Shown here: positions 12,455 to 25,256 of the stretch, in pieces
Numbering within the stretch: position 1 is the stretch's first letter
Layout: every line of letters begins with the position of its first letter
Source: Octopus bimaculoides
Lineage: Eukaryota
DNA: 64,000 nt
Direction: 5' to 3'
Assembly: GCF_001194135.2 (NCBI RefSeq)
Contig: NC_068988.1
Span: 90,848,287-90,912,286 of the forward strand
Notes under the pieces: model-generated
Told to the model about the DNA's origin: nothing
Databases searched by the model: none
The model's input: only the letters and a program-made list of their open reading frames with translations
Translations under genes and position numbers: made by a program

Positions 12455-13670
12455 TGAGATGTGAGTTTTGAATGCAGACATCATGTGTAGACTTGAGAAG
12501 AAAGAAGCTGGTGTACTCCGATGGATGTGCAGCATCAGTGTTCTTGTATAACAAAGTACAAATGTTCTGAAAGAAAAGTTGGGCATAGGAAGAATCACAA
12601 GACTATGCAAGACAGAAGACTATGTTAGTTTGGCTATGATATATATGAATGAAGACGGTTCTATAAACAAGTGCCAACCACTTAAAGTGGATGGCACCAA
12701 TGGAAAAGGAAGATCCAAGAAGACATAGGATGAAGTAGTGAGGGTTGATCTCAAGATGCTGGGCCTCATGGAGGAGATGACAATGGACCAAGATGCCAGG
12801 CGTTATGCGGTTCTTGAGACGACCTGCCCACCCCAGTGAAACTGAGTTCTGGAAGGGCTGTATGTTCCACCTGCATGTAGTATTAATTTCACACACCCTA
12901 CTCCAATAAACCACACTACATCTCTTCTTTTTCTCATCTCCACTTCTTCATGTGCTATGCTTATCTTTCCTTCCCCATTCCTGAAGCCAAATCCTGTCCT
13001 CCCGCCAACCAACTGCATCATTGCTATCCTGTCATCCCCTTCTTATATGCCCCAATTTTATCAGTCACTCCAATTCCCCTCCCCACATTTTGCATTCTTA
13101 TGTGATCCCTACTCACACATCCTGGGCAATCCTCTATCATTCTATTTGTATTCACATTGCCATCATCTCTCTCACTTTCTCTTGCTCTCCCTTACTCTCG
13201 CTCTCACTCTCCCCTTCACTCACTCTCCTCCTCCAACTGAGGTTACTATGTATTTCTTCTACAGCAAGACATGTTTCTATCCCTCTGTTATAATCTAACC
13301 ACACATCACCTGGTAGAAAGCCACCTCCTTCAATACAACCCTACCTCAAAAGTCTTTGTATTGCAAGTTAACTTGGTGACTTCGCTGGTGATGGTGCCAT
13401 GTAAAGTGTACTCTGTAAAGTGATTGGCATAAGGAAGGGCATCCAACCATAAAAACCATGTCAAAGCAGACCTTGCTAGTGCTGGTGCCATGTAAAAAGC
13501 ACACCTCTTCTATTCTGTAAAGTGGTTGGCATTAGGAAGGGTATCCAGTTGTAAAAAGCATGCCAAAGTAGACAGTAAAGTTTGGTATAATCCTCTGGCC
13601 TATCAGCTCTAGTCAAATCATTCAACTTATGCCAGAATGAAAGACGGTTGTTAAATGATGATGATGAAGA
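12455..13670 (+). mobile_element. RTE LINE 3' end (ORF C-terminus plus 3' UTR with a tandemly duplicated unit), degenerate
   Basis: VLRWMCSIS...LKEKLGIGRI...GKGRSKKT*DEVVRVDLKMLGL; two copies of GGTGCCATGTAAA...G(G/A)TTGGCAT(T/A)AGGAAGGG at 13393-13560; (GAT)n tail. Confidence 0.65.
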
Positions 13671-14613
13671 TGATGTTGATTATCATCATCATTTAATAAC
13701 CATGTTCCATCTTGGTGTAGGTTGATGAGTTGAACAGTATAGCAGGATCCAATTGTTCCAAAGACTGCATTGTGTTCCAATGACAACTTTGACATGCTTT
13801 TTTTTATGTCTGGATGCCCTTTCTAAACACCAACCACTTTGCAGTGAGTACTGGATGCTTTTTGTCATGGCACCAGCACAAGCAAGTTTGCCATGCAGCT
13901 CATAAGACTAAGATCCCCCTTTGATTAGGAGGTGAGCTCCAGCAGAGAGGAAGGTAGCATGAATGTTAAGAAGTGAGAGGCAAAAGTATGAAAGAAGGGT
14001 TCAACACAGAACAGGTTTGTTACTGTAGAGGAGAGCTACATAGCAACTTACATTACAGAAGAGAGAGTGTCTTCACTCCCATTCCACAATATATCATGTA
14101 ATTGTCTTGCAAATAATTCACCTCCATCACCATCATCATTGCCACCACCTCCACCACCACTACCACCACTTACAAATACGATGGGCTACTTTCATTTTCC
14201 ATTCATCAAATCCATTCACAAGGTTTTGGTCAGCCTCGGGCTGTAGTTGGAGACACTTACCCAATAAGCTACAGAATGTGATTGAACCCAGAACCAGGTG
14301 GTTGGGACACAAACTTCTTATCACACAGCCATGTGTTTTGTATAACAGATTATTTGTCCTCTTTCATTCCATAGTTATTGCACTACATTCATAGGTACTC
14401 ACAGGATAATTTTATAGATTTACTTAGACGTTTCTTTCGAAAGTTTTGTCAAATGTATATAGTCTTTGTTGATGAAGTCAGGATACACTTAAATCCATGT
14501 AGAGTTATCTCCCATATTTACTTGAAAATGAAATAATATTGAACTTTTGTATTTGGTTAGTATGATTTTTGCTGTAACTCGGGTTGAAACAAGATTTTGT
14601 TTGTATGCTAGAG

Positions 14614-14893
14614 CAGGGGTTTTCAAACTGTGGTCCGCAAGGACAAGACAGGGGGTCCGTGGACAGCAAATACTTTTTATGGGCAATTTGATTTTATATA
14701 TGTTCTTTAATCGAAATCTTTTAATTGACAATAAACCTATTTTGTTAAATACTGTTAAATAAATAAATGTAAAAATATATGTTATTTTAAGCAAATATTT
14801 ATGTATAAATTTCATAAGCGTTTATAAGGGGGTCCCTAAGGTAAAGCCTGAACTATAAAGGGGTCCGCAAGTCAAAATGTTTGAAAACCCCTG
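14614..14893. mobile_element. hAT (Charlie-like) MITE
   Basis: Perfect 15-bp TIR CAGGGGTTTTCAAAC / GTTTGAAAACCCCTG; 8-bp flanks TGCTAGAG / CTCTAGAG (6/8), matching the NTCTAGAN-type hAT target. Confidence 0.85.
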
Positions 14894-14928
14894 CTCTAGA
14901 GGGATCATTGTGTCAAAGTAAACATATG

Positions 14929-15175
14929 CACTGGTGCAATTTCACTAAATTATTATTTGTCAGTTGATTTTGCTATTAAACTGACAAAGTAATCGATTGT
15001 TTGATTAATCACTCAATCAACAGTATTTTTCAAAGATCTTTTGTTGCTGATCATGACCTCTTCATTGACTGATTGATTGATTGACCAAATGATTAATCAA
15101 GTAGTCAATAAATCAGTTAGTTGGTTGAATATCCAACCAATTGACAAATAATAATGAAGTGAAATTGAACCAGTG
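14929..15175. mobile_element. CACTG...CAGTG MITE (EnSpm/CACTA-like)
   Basis: About 38-bp TIRs CACTGGTGCAATTTCACTAAATTATTATTTGTCAGTTG vs CAATTGACAAATAATAATGAAGTGAAATTGAACCAGTG; TG on both flanks. Confidence 0.65.
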
Positions 15176-15322
15176 TGTGCGTTTATTATTGGCATAACGA
15201 CCCTCCTAAGGTAGAAGAAAATAATATTAAGCATTGTTTAGCCTTTCCCTTATTAACTTTGCACTGACACACGTTTATTTGCAGTTCACTTATTAATGTT
15301 CTTTGTATGAAGTAGGAATATA

Positions 15323-15541
15323 TTGGTTTCAAATTTTTGCACAAAGCCAGCTATTTCGAGGGAGGGGGGTAATTCGATTACACAGACCCCAGTGCTCAAT
15401 GTGTAGTTATTTTTTCGAGCCCAATAGTATGAGAGATAAAATCAATTTTGACAGAATTTAAACTCAGAACATAAACATGGATGAAATACCACTGAGCATT
15501 TTGCCCAGCACGGTAATGACTCTGCCAGTCCACCACCTTAA
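15323..15541 (-). mobile_element. SINE family A, full length, degenerate
   Basis: TTGGTTTCAAATTTTTGCACAAAGCCAGC...GACCCCAGTGCTCAA...CTCTGCCAGTCCACCACCTTA. Confidence 0.75.
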
Positions 15542-15864
15542 GCATCAGCTTAATTATAGTTTTCCATACAAACGATGTCTCCAAGTTATTGTGTTCTCTA
15601 CTTCTACATCTCTAGTCTAACCTCTGTAAAATCATGTGCGTTTACAAATCGTGTACACTTACAAATCAAACTAACATACAACGTGCACAGGGAAGACTTA
15701 CTTGAGAAGATCATGCATCAGTTTCACAACACTAATTTTGATCTCTACCTTGAAGCATACAGTTGTAAATCCATTCAGTGCATACTGGAGATTACCTTCT
15801 GACGAGCTAAGTAGTACCATATCATCTGTAAATATCAGTCAACTGATCCTACACCCAATAATTG

Positions 15865-16314
15865 TGAGGTAATCTTCCAGTTTCGGGAGGTAAAAAAAAG
15901 TAAATAAAATACAAGGGAAATAACTTAACGTCTTACTAGTATTATCCGTACACCTCTGAAATGTTTTTTTTTTTTAGCTGTTTATAAATAAAATCACACA
16001 CGTGATTGAAGTTAACTGTTTATATATAAATCACACACGTGATTGAATATCATAGTGCCGGCTGCACAACAACTTATGGTAATCTTCCAGTATAGGGAAA
16101 TAACAGTCAAACTAAAGCGTTTGACCAGAGCTAAAAAAAAAAAAAAAATTAGTGTAATAGGTGTAAAACAACTTGCTGTGAACGAATATGAAGAATGCGC
16201 GCTCGCGAACGGATGGGGTGAGGAGAGTACGGATAATACTAGTAAGACGTTAAGTTATTTCCCTTGTATTCTTATTTACTTTTTTTTACCTCCCGAAACT
16301 GGAAGATTACCTCA
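15865..16314. mobile_element. Foldback/MITE-like element with about 87-bp terminal inverted repeats
   Basis: TGAGGTAATCTTCCAGTTTCGGGAGG...ACTAGTATTATCCGTAC mirrored by GTACGGATAATACTAGT...CCTCCCGAAACTGGAAGATTACCTCA; no clear TSD. Confidence 0.75.
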
Positions 16315-17917
16315 AGCTGCTGGTGTCTAGCACCTCTGGATGATCTCTACTCAACAGTCACTCAACTCTCTACTACAGCCAGACTACCTCTATTTATGTC
16401 TTGGGCGATCCTACTTCTTCGCTTGGGGGCGTCGACACAACATTAACGAAAAGAGAGATGACAATATGCACCCCTGCTGAAGTCCAATACTAACATTGAC
16501 AGGTTTTGATTTAATACCACTGGCAAACACAAACATTTGGGCATTCCTGACAACCAAAAGCACTTCTAAAAATCAAAAGTCACCCATTAAACCTAAATTC
16601 CTGCAAAACCCTGAACAGCATGTCCTGCAGTAGGCAGCCACATGCCTTTTCCAGGTGTACAAAGGAAATGGGCACATTGTTACATCTGAAAGCTGTAATT
16701 GTCTCAATAACTTCAGCCTCTGTATTCCTAGATGTACTTTGTGTTTACCAGAAGATTTTATTGTAACTGGATTTTTGGAGATCAGCACAGTATTCCCTTC
16801 AACTCCCAAGTATGCTTTTCTCTGCTGAGAGAACCCCTGCTGAGTCCTCTTGTTATGACACCGGTAGATGTTCTGCCAGAATACTTAATTCGCCAATGAA
16901 ACCTCAGAGTCCTGTGAATGCGTCTATCATCATTATCACCATCATCATCACCACCATCACCATCATCACTATTTAACGGTAGTTTTCCATGCTGGCATGA
17001 GTGGGACAGTTGACTCTAGGAACACACCTGTTTCTGTTGTGTGTGTGTGCCTGCGTATGTGTATGTATTGATAAATATCCATAATTATTTTAATTATCAT
17101 ACATATTCAAGTTGATAAATAACGAGTGATAATCCAAATAGAAATGAACAGATAATTGGAATGGAACCTATAAAAATACATCTCACGTAATAGTACCTTT
17201 AATAAGATAATTGTCCAAACAGTGCTGTTAATGTAATAGCAATTAAAATAGGTTATGCTGAGTTACTGCCCTTGATACTCAGAAATGAAATTGAATTATT
17301 GGGTTAATAATTGTAATTTTGTATTTGTTAGTTATTGAAACGAAAGTAAGCTACTGTCGGTGGAATCGATACAGTGTACAACATGCCGTTTTCTGTCACG
17401 CGCATGGCTCTTATTTAATATTGGACTAAAGCTGGTAATGACGAGGATTCTCGTCAGACTTTAGGAATAGCTATCACTACTTCATAGGGAACAAAGAGGG
17501 TAATAAATTGAGTGAGATTTTTCATTTTAAGTATTCCCGTGTTCTATACGACGGAAATTACGATTCTAAAAGAATCGTAATTTCTTTTCTTTCTGTTTTT
17601 GGTTTCCGATTCAGTGCCGTTTCCTTCCTCTGAGATAGCAATAGTTATTTCGAAAGTCAGTCGGATCCTCTTTTAACTCTTGAGCAGACTTGTGTATGCT
17701 TGCTTTTGTATATTACGCACACACAGATACGCCTCCGCATATTTGTTGAGCCACACACACAAACAAACACATACACTCACAGATAAAACGATAGATAGCT
17801 AGAAGGATCATGCATACATATGTAACGGTTAAGATTGATTAGGTACACAATAATATGAAATGTCGGAGTCAGCAGTTGTAACGATAAAAATTTGTTGTTA
17901 TAACGGCATGTAGTAGG

Positions 17918-18520
17918 GGATCTTTTTTAAAACGGGGGCCACATTTTTCATTAACGAAACACTTTGAAACTTGGAACACTGGTAGAATGTGTCATATAAA
18001 ACATCTTTTTCTCTTAGTCTTCTTTAAAAAAAAAGAAATCTCTAAGTTATTCCATGTTAAAGTTGTCGTATTTCTGTAATTTCAACCAATCACTGACGTC
18101 CATTCAGCCGATATACATTAAGTGCCGACTACATNNNNNNNNNNNNNNNNNNNNNNNNNNNNNNNNNNNNNNNNNNNNNNNNNNNNNNNNNNNNNNNNNN
18201 NNNNNNNNNNNNNNNNNNNNNNNNNNNNNNNNNNNNNNNNNNNNNNNNNNNNNNNNNNNNNNNNNNNNNNNNNNNNNNNNNNNNNNNNNNNNNNNNNNNN
18301 NNNNNNNNNNNNNNATATAAACAACTGAATACTTGTCAGTGATTGGTTGAAATTATCGAAATAAGACAATTTTTTACATGAAATGAATTCGAATACAAAA
18401 ATATTTTTCTGTTCTATAACACAAAATAGATAAGTATACGAAGTTTGAAAGTCTTTCCGTACCAAAAACACTACGTAAAACATTAATGAAAAATGAGGCC
18501 CCCGTTTTAAAAAAAGATCC
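17918..18520. mobile_element. Merlin-like MITE, copy 1 (centre in an N gap)
   Basis: TIR GGATCTTTTTTAAAACGGGGGCC / GGCCCCCGTTTTAAAAAAAGATCC; perfect 8-bp TSD GTAGTAGG (17910-17917/18521-18528). Confidence 0.85.
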
Positions 18521-18894
18521 GTAGTAGGATGTGAAAGATGAACAATGCATGAAGTTTTAAGAAAGTATTTATTTACCGTTACGTTGAAAATACCTTTCCT
18601 CATCAGGCAGGTTATAAAATCCGAGAGCATGCGAAAGAAAGTTGGATGTGGTAGAATTTTTCTTTGTATAGTTTTGTGTACACTTTGTTAGTAGTAATCT
18701 ACAGATGGCGATGGAATGATGTTGTAAGAGAACAGAATTAGAGCTAGTGAAAGTTGTAGAATCGAGGAAAGGTGTCTCTTAGTTGCTGACAGTAAATTTC
18801 ATTTCTCTGTCGGACTATTGTCTTTAGTAGCTGTCTTGCTTGTGATCGTGATTCTAGCAGTCCGTTCCCTAACTGATTGAGTATACAAAGTGAA

Positions 18895-19222
18895 GGGGCA
18901 TGGCTCAGTGCTTAGAGCGTTGAGCTTACGATCATGAGGTTGTGAGTTCGATTCCTGGACCTGGCTGTGTGTTGTGTTCTTGAGCAAGACACTTTATTTC
19001 ACGTTGCTCCAGTTCACTCGGCTGTAGAAATGAGTTGCGACGTCACAGGTGCCAAGCTGTATCGACCTTTGCCTTTCTCTTGGATAACACTGGTGGTGTG
19101 GAGAGTGGAGGCTGGTATGCATGGGCGAGTGCTGGTCTTCCATAAACAACCTTGCCCGGACTTGTGCCTGGGAGGGTAACTTTCTAGGTGCAATCCCATG
19201 GTCAGTCATGACCAAAGGGGCT
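18895..19222 (+). mobile_element. SINE family F (tRNA head, CORE-like body)
   Basis: TGGCTCAGTGCTTAG A box, GAGTTCGATTCC B box, GTGTTCTTGAGCAAGACACTT body; second copy at 34824-35143. Confidence 0.8.
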
Positions 19223-19759
19223 CTCAGCAGCATATATATGCAAACATATATATATGTGTGTATATATGTGTGTATATATATGTGTGTATATAAATATATA
19301 ATATATTTAGTCTGTAGGTATAAACTAAGAGGTCAACATGTAATCTTTTAATGTAAATCTTTTTCCATGGTAATATCTTGCTCATATTTATAAATGCAAA
19401 TTTAAACCATAAATTTGTAATTTATTTAATGAGTACAAATAGAAACATCTGTAGGAAGAAAAATTTATCAATTTATTAATAAATAATTATTAACTTTCAA
19501 CTCTACATTTTCTTTTCTTCCATGTATTGACATGGTACTTTTTGATTACCTTACCCCCATTATAAAATTGCGTTATCTAAAAAAAATTGTTTAACCCTCA
19601 AAAAAAAAATAAATAAATGAAAAAATTAATAATCATAAATAGTGAAAAGATTAAACACCTTATTGAATCTAACAACATTTTTATAACAAACCATATGATG
19701 CCTATTGAGGAGGCCAAAAGTCAACAATGTGTTGAAGTATTGAATCAAAAGGATCTAAC

Positions 19760-20011
19760 CCTTTTGATTCAATCTCTTGTTGCCACATTCACCAACTTAA
19801 ACAAGGAGACCATCCAGAAGAGTTGCAGGAGATTCCAAAGTCGTCTTGAGGTTGTGGTTGAAGCAAACGGCAATTTTATTGAATGAATTTACTCTTTAGT
19901 ATTTCAAGATATCTTTATGTAATTTTGGTAAATATAGCTGTCAAAATGAGATGTTAGTGTTATTTTTATTTTTGCATAATTTAGATGACAGTTTATTCAC
20001 TGCACCTTGTA
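19760..20011 (+). mobile_element. Tc1/mariner 3' remnant
   Basis: Transposase C-terminus LVATFTNLNKETIQKSCRRFQSRLEVVVEANGNFIE*, then TIR-like end CACTGCACCTTG and TA. Confidence 0.7.
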
Positions 20012-20102
20012 TGTGTGTGTGTGTGTGTGTGTGTGAATATATGTATTATGACATATGTGTGTGAATGCACACACACACATACATATATATATATATGTGC
20101 AT

Positions 20103-20134
<32 letters not shown>

Positions 20135-21818
20135 NNNNNNNNNNNNNNNNNNNNNNNNNNNNNNNNNNNNNNNNNNNNNNNNNNNNNNNNNNNNNNNNNN
20201 NNNNNNNNNNNNNNNNNNNNNNNNNNNNNNNNNNNNNNNNNNNNNNNNNNNNNNNNNNNNNNNNNNNNNNNNNNNNNNNNNNNNNNNNNNNNNNNNNNNN
20301 NNNNNNNNNNNNNNNNNNNNNNNTATATACATACATAGAGACATACTAGTTCTCTTTCATTTTTTCCATATTCCATTTCATCATACACTAAGTATCTTGG
20401 TTTCCTTTTCCTGCTATCTCAACATCTTCCATTCATACTATGCATGGATACAAAAGAACTTTAATCCAAGAAGATATGCAAGACACCACTTCTATAACAT
20501 ACTCAACTCCTACTTTCCTCAGTAGGAATTGTTGTACTTCTGAAAATTTTGGGAAGTGAACACATGCTGTTTAACGATATTTAATTATCATACCATTTGG
20601 GTTGGTTGAATTTACTGTTCTGAGGCATGTAGAAAATAAAATAGAACTAGTGTGTGTGTGTGTGTGCATCCTCTGTCTATCTATCTATCTATCTATCTAA
20701 CTATCTGTGTTTGTATGAATCTATCTAACTATCTGTGTTTGTATGAATCTATCTATTTATCTATCTATCTATCTATCTATCTGTGTTTGTATGAATCTAT
20801 CTATGTTCGTATATATGCAAATATGTATCTATCTCACTATACACACGCACTTTATTGTCAATGTTACTGTACTTGCATATTTTCTCAATTTGTTCAGCCT
20901 GATGTGATGTGAATATGATGTAAATATATCATCATCCTCATTTTCATTTCTGCTTTTCCACTTTCCATGCTGGTATGGGTTACATGGATCAACATGGTCT
21001 GAGTCATCTTCTATTGGGAGTTACGGCCTCCTTAGACAGATACATGTGTCATTTGACTTCGTTTCTAAGGTTGGATGTCCCTCCTATCATCAACCATTAT
21101 AGAGAATGCACTGGATGTGTTTTTCAGTGCACTAACTCTTGAGAGGTTGAATGAGGGACCTGAAATACAAATAAATAGGTTTTATCCTTACCAGCCATTT
21201 TTCCATATGTATTATGCAGACTAGTTTAGCATGAATTCTCCTATGTTTTATGTTAGAATAGGACAGTATGGTTTTTCATACACTCCTACGTTTATATGAT
21301 AATATATAGCTTGAAACGTTAATCTATAATATTATGTAGATTAGAGTGTATTGATAATAATAATTATAGTAAAAGTTTTGAATCTTAATGTACATTATAA
21401 ATGGAGTCCATCTTGCAAAAATATTATGCCCGTCTGCCCTCCCACCCCTCCCTCACTGTTTAATTATAAATGTACATGTCTCTTCCTAGGAAATCGTACT
21501 GGTCTCTGTGTAGAGGTTTCCCCTCTCTGTATCCATTTTTTGAGTGTGTGTGCCTGTCAGCTTACCGTATAAGTGTCTGTATGTACTTATGTGAACCTCA
21601 TTATGTATATATTTTAGTGTGGATGTATATGTTTATGAGTATATATGTATATGATTATGGGTATATATGTATATATTTAATTCTATGTCTACTTCTGTGT
21701 GAACTGCATGTTCATATGTGTGTATGTATATATGAGTATGTGGGTATATTTATGTCTATATGTTTGATTATGTGGACTACATGTTCATATGTGTGTGTGT
21801 GTGTGTGTGGGTATATGG

Positions 21819-21855
<37 letters not shown>

Positions 21856-21933
21856 GATGTATGGGTATGTGTGTATATGTGTTTCTGTATGTATGACTAT
21901 GTAAGATTCATATCATGTTGTGTGGTGTTTATA

Positions 21934-22101
21934 TCATCATCATCATCATCATCGTTTAATGTCCGCTTTCCATGCTAGCATGGGTTGGACGATCTGACTG
22001 AGGACTGGTGAAACCGGATGGCAACACCAGGCTCCAATCTAATTTGGCAGAGTTTCTACAGCTGGATGCCCTTCCTAACGCCAACCACTCAGAGAGTGTA
22101 G
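21934..22101 (-). mobile_element. RTE LINE 3' tail, heavily 5'-truncated, young
   Basis: (CAT)n + GTTTAATGTCCGCTTTCCATGCTAGCATGGGTTGGAC... near-identical to 37912, 50037 and 60521. Confidence 0.85.
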
Positions 22102-22499
22102 ACATATACAATATATGTGTGTATTAGCATCTAAGGTTAATACTGGGTATGTATAAGTGGATATATATGATTACTTTCATGCTCTTGTTACCCCTTTCTT
22201 TACTGGGTCTTAGTCTTAAGCTGTAGGGAGTTAGGAAATTGTACTTCAGTGAACTGAATACATTCTGTGGTAAGGTATATATGTATATAGACACATAAGG
22301 CTACTTTATGCCTTTCTTATCCCTTCTCTTTACTGGCCCTTAATCTAATGCTGTATGAGAAGGAGAGAAAAATTTTACTTCATTGAATCAAATTCACAAT
22401 GTACACTACATTACCAGGAAAACGTTTACACAGATCTTTTCAAACATGAACAAAAGCCCTTTAGCGACTACCTTCCCGTTCTCCCCCCCCCCAGTATAC

Positions 22500-24330
22500 A
22501 ATTTGAGGGCTGCAAACATCAACGTTGCCACACTAAAGGGGAGATCTGTTGAGATTGTCAAAATGATGGAGCGTTGTCATGTTGATGTTTGTGGTGTGCA
22601 AGAAGTGAGATGGAAAGGAGCCTGTACTAGATTCCTTGTGGGTAAGAAGCAGAGGTTTAAATTCTTTTGGGTAGGCAGGAGTGATGGAGTGGGTGGTGTA
22701 GGCATACTCTTAGCAGAAAAGTGGGTAGATAATGTAACTGAGGTAGTCAGAGTGTGCAAAAGGGTTATTAAGTTGAGACTTATAGATAGATTAACAATTA
22801 CATTTATCTCTGCCTATGCTCCACAGGCTGGGTTAGTCGATGATCAGAAGGACTGATTCTATGAGGTCCTTTTGCAAACTACCCCAATGACAAATGACAG
22901 AGACTTTGTTATTGTGGCTGGTGACTTTAATGGACATATTGGGCAGCATTCCCATGAATTCCATGGTGTGCATGGTGGTTATGGCTTTGGTACCAGGAAT
23001 GAGGAAGGTATAAGGCTATTTGAGTTCTGTGATGCAAATGATCTTATGGTCTGCAAAACTAACTTTAGAAAGCTAGACACCAAATTACTTATCAGTCTGG
23101 TAGGAATATAAGCCAGGTTGATTACCTTCTCACCAGACAAGGGGACAAGCAGATGCTCACAAATGCAAAGTCTTTCCCAGGTGAAGTGTCTACACCCCAA
23201 CATAAGCTACTAGTTAGTGACTTCAGAATTAAGGCTAGGGAGACTCAAAGACATAAACCATGTTGGAAAAGAAGATTATGGGAGCTCAAAGACCCAGCAA
23301 ATCAACAACAATTTAGATACATTCTGCTGGAGGCTTCTGATGATAGAGAGGAGGAGGAGGAGGAAGGGACATATAACTTAGAGGACAACTGGAAATTCCT
23401 GCAGGACAATTTACTGGGTGCCGCTGACCAAATCCATGGTTGATGCAGGCCAGAGTGACTTGGTGTGGAACAAGGAGGTGGATAGTGCTATAGAAGCAAA
23501 GAAATAGGCTTTGAAGGACTGGAAAAAATGGTGGCAGCAAAGCATTATATCAGGGAGCCTGGGTGACAGGTTTGCATGGCGAAAGGAATAGCAGAAGGTA
23601 AGAAGTTTGCTGATATTATGCAGCATGAGGATCAGAGGCATGACGCGTTCAGGATTGCAAAGCAGTGTATCAGAGAGAATAGAGATGTGGTAGGTGAGAA
23701 ATGTGTGCAAATGGATAATGGTATGCTTGCACTTAGTGACTCAGAGAAGAAAGATGCATGGAAGTGTCACTATTAAAGATTGTAAAATATAATGATTGGT
23801 AGAAGGAGAGTTTTTTAAATATTGAGGGACCAGCTATCAGAGTGGATAGCAGTACAATAGATAAGGCAATTAAGAAAATGAAGACTGTGAAAGCCCCTGG
23901 ACCATCGGGTATCACTGCTATGACGATTAAAATATTAGATGGTGTGGGACACAGCCTAGTCACTCACATGGTTAAACAGGTTATTCAGAAAGGTGTCAGA
24001 AAGGTGTCATCTCCAAAGACTGGTATAGCAGTGTTATATAGTCAGCCGTTTAAGGGTAAAGGTGATGCCTAAGATAGAAACAACTACAGAGGTATCAAAC
24101 TGCTGGATCAGCTGTAAAAATCATGTCAAAACTAACCACATCTATGCTAGTGCCACATAAAAAGCACCGAGTCCACTCTGCAGAGTGGTTGGTGTTAGGA
24201 AGGGCATCCAGCCGTAAAATCCCTGCCAAAACAGACACAGCAGCCTAGGGTAGTTTTTCTACCTGGCCTGCTCCTGTCAACTGTTCTACTCATGCATGCA
24301 TGAAAGATGGACATTAAACAATGATGATCT
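22500..24330 (+). pseudogene. Decayed RTE-clade LINE: APE endonuclease to RT start, fused to the 3' UTR
   Basis: NINVATLKG..CGVQEVRW..GVGILL..ISAYAPQ..VAGDFNGHIG..NEEGIRLFEFC; later KAPGPSGI, KGKGDA*DRNNYRGIKLL; many stops; 3' UTR AGGAAGGGCATCCAG from about 24110. Confidence 0.85.
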
Positions 24331-25256
24331 CACACACACACTTTTTATTCAAGCAGAAAAATCTTCAGAAACTGTTATTCAGAATTTCAAGTTACCATTT
24401 GTCAGACAATTGTAATCATAACTGTCTGACAAACTGTAACATGAAACTCTAAGGAACAGTTTAAGATTTTTCAGCTTGAATAAAAAAGCACATTACTCCA
24501 CCTTTGGTATTTAAGTACTATTTTTTCCACATTGTTTTGAATTTATGCACTTACTTATGTGTGTGTATGTGTGTATGTGTGTGTGTGTGTGCGTGTGCGT
24601 GCGCGTGTATATATATATATATATATTTTTTTTTATATTTGTATAAATCATAACCTCTTAGCTGAAAAATATTTGAAAACTGGTCAGAGTTTGAAACAGA
24701 AAAGGCATCCAACCATAACATGAACATTAAAGGTCATATATATTCAATGCTGATGACTATATATTCTCCCTGTTTTCAACAAATGTATCTAACAGTTGTC
24801 AGGCAACTGTGTTCCCAGTTATGCCCAGAGAGCCTATCTTTTGTTAATCTTTTATTATCCTTGAGTTCAAATCTCACCTTTCATCCTTTTGGGGGTTAAT
24901 AAAATAAAGTACCAGGCAAATACCACAGCTGAAATTTAAGTAGGCATGCAGTGGGACTGAACCCGAAACAAGCATCTTCACCGCACAACCACATAAATTC
25001 CGTTTTATGTTTTTATTAACAAAATGTACTTCCTAAGGTACATGAAATGTTTGCGTAAATAGTCTGTATTAACCTTTTCCCACCTTCTTTCTGCTTTGCA
25101 TTGATGTAAAGAGTAAGAGCAGATAACTCAACACTAGTTTAGTCGTGTCAGTTTTTTTTTTTACGACATCTGCTAAAAATGAGTTCGTCGGGTGTACATA
25201 ATGGATGATGGTGAAGTCTGTGCTGATTGTGTTGTAAGTGATAAGTCTCGATCACA

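Noticed and set aside
16500-16920. Complex sequence with a weak LINE-endonuclease-like phrase (AVIVSITSAS..LCVYQ)
   Set aside because: No diagnostic motif; too degenerate to call
18575-18612. Minus-strand CTGATGA-G-GAAAG/TTTTC-AACGTA
   Set aside because: The GAAA core is missing (only AAC) and stem I does not pair; at best a dead relic
21996-22020. CTGAGGA...GAAAC hammerhead-like words in the antisense RTE tail (also 37987, 60587)
   Set aside because: Only CTGGT lies between the cores, so no stem II can form, and there is no stem I or III
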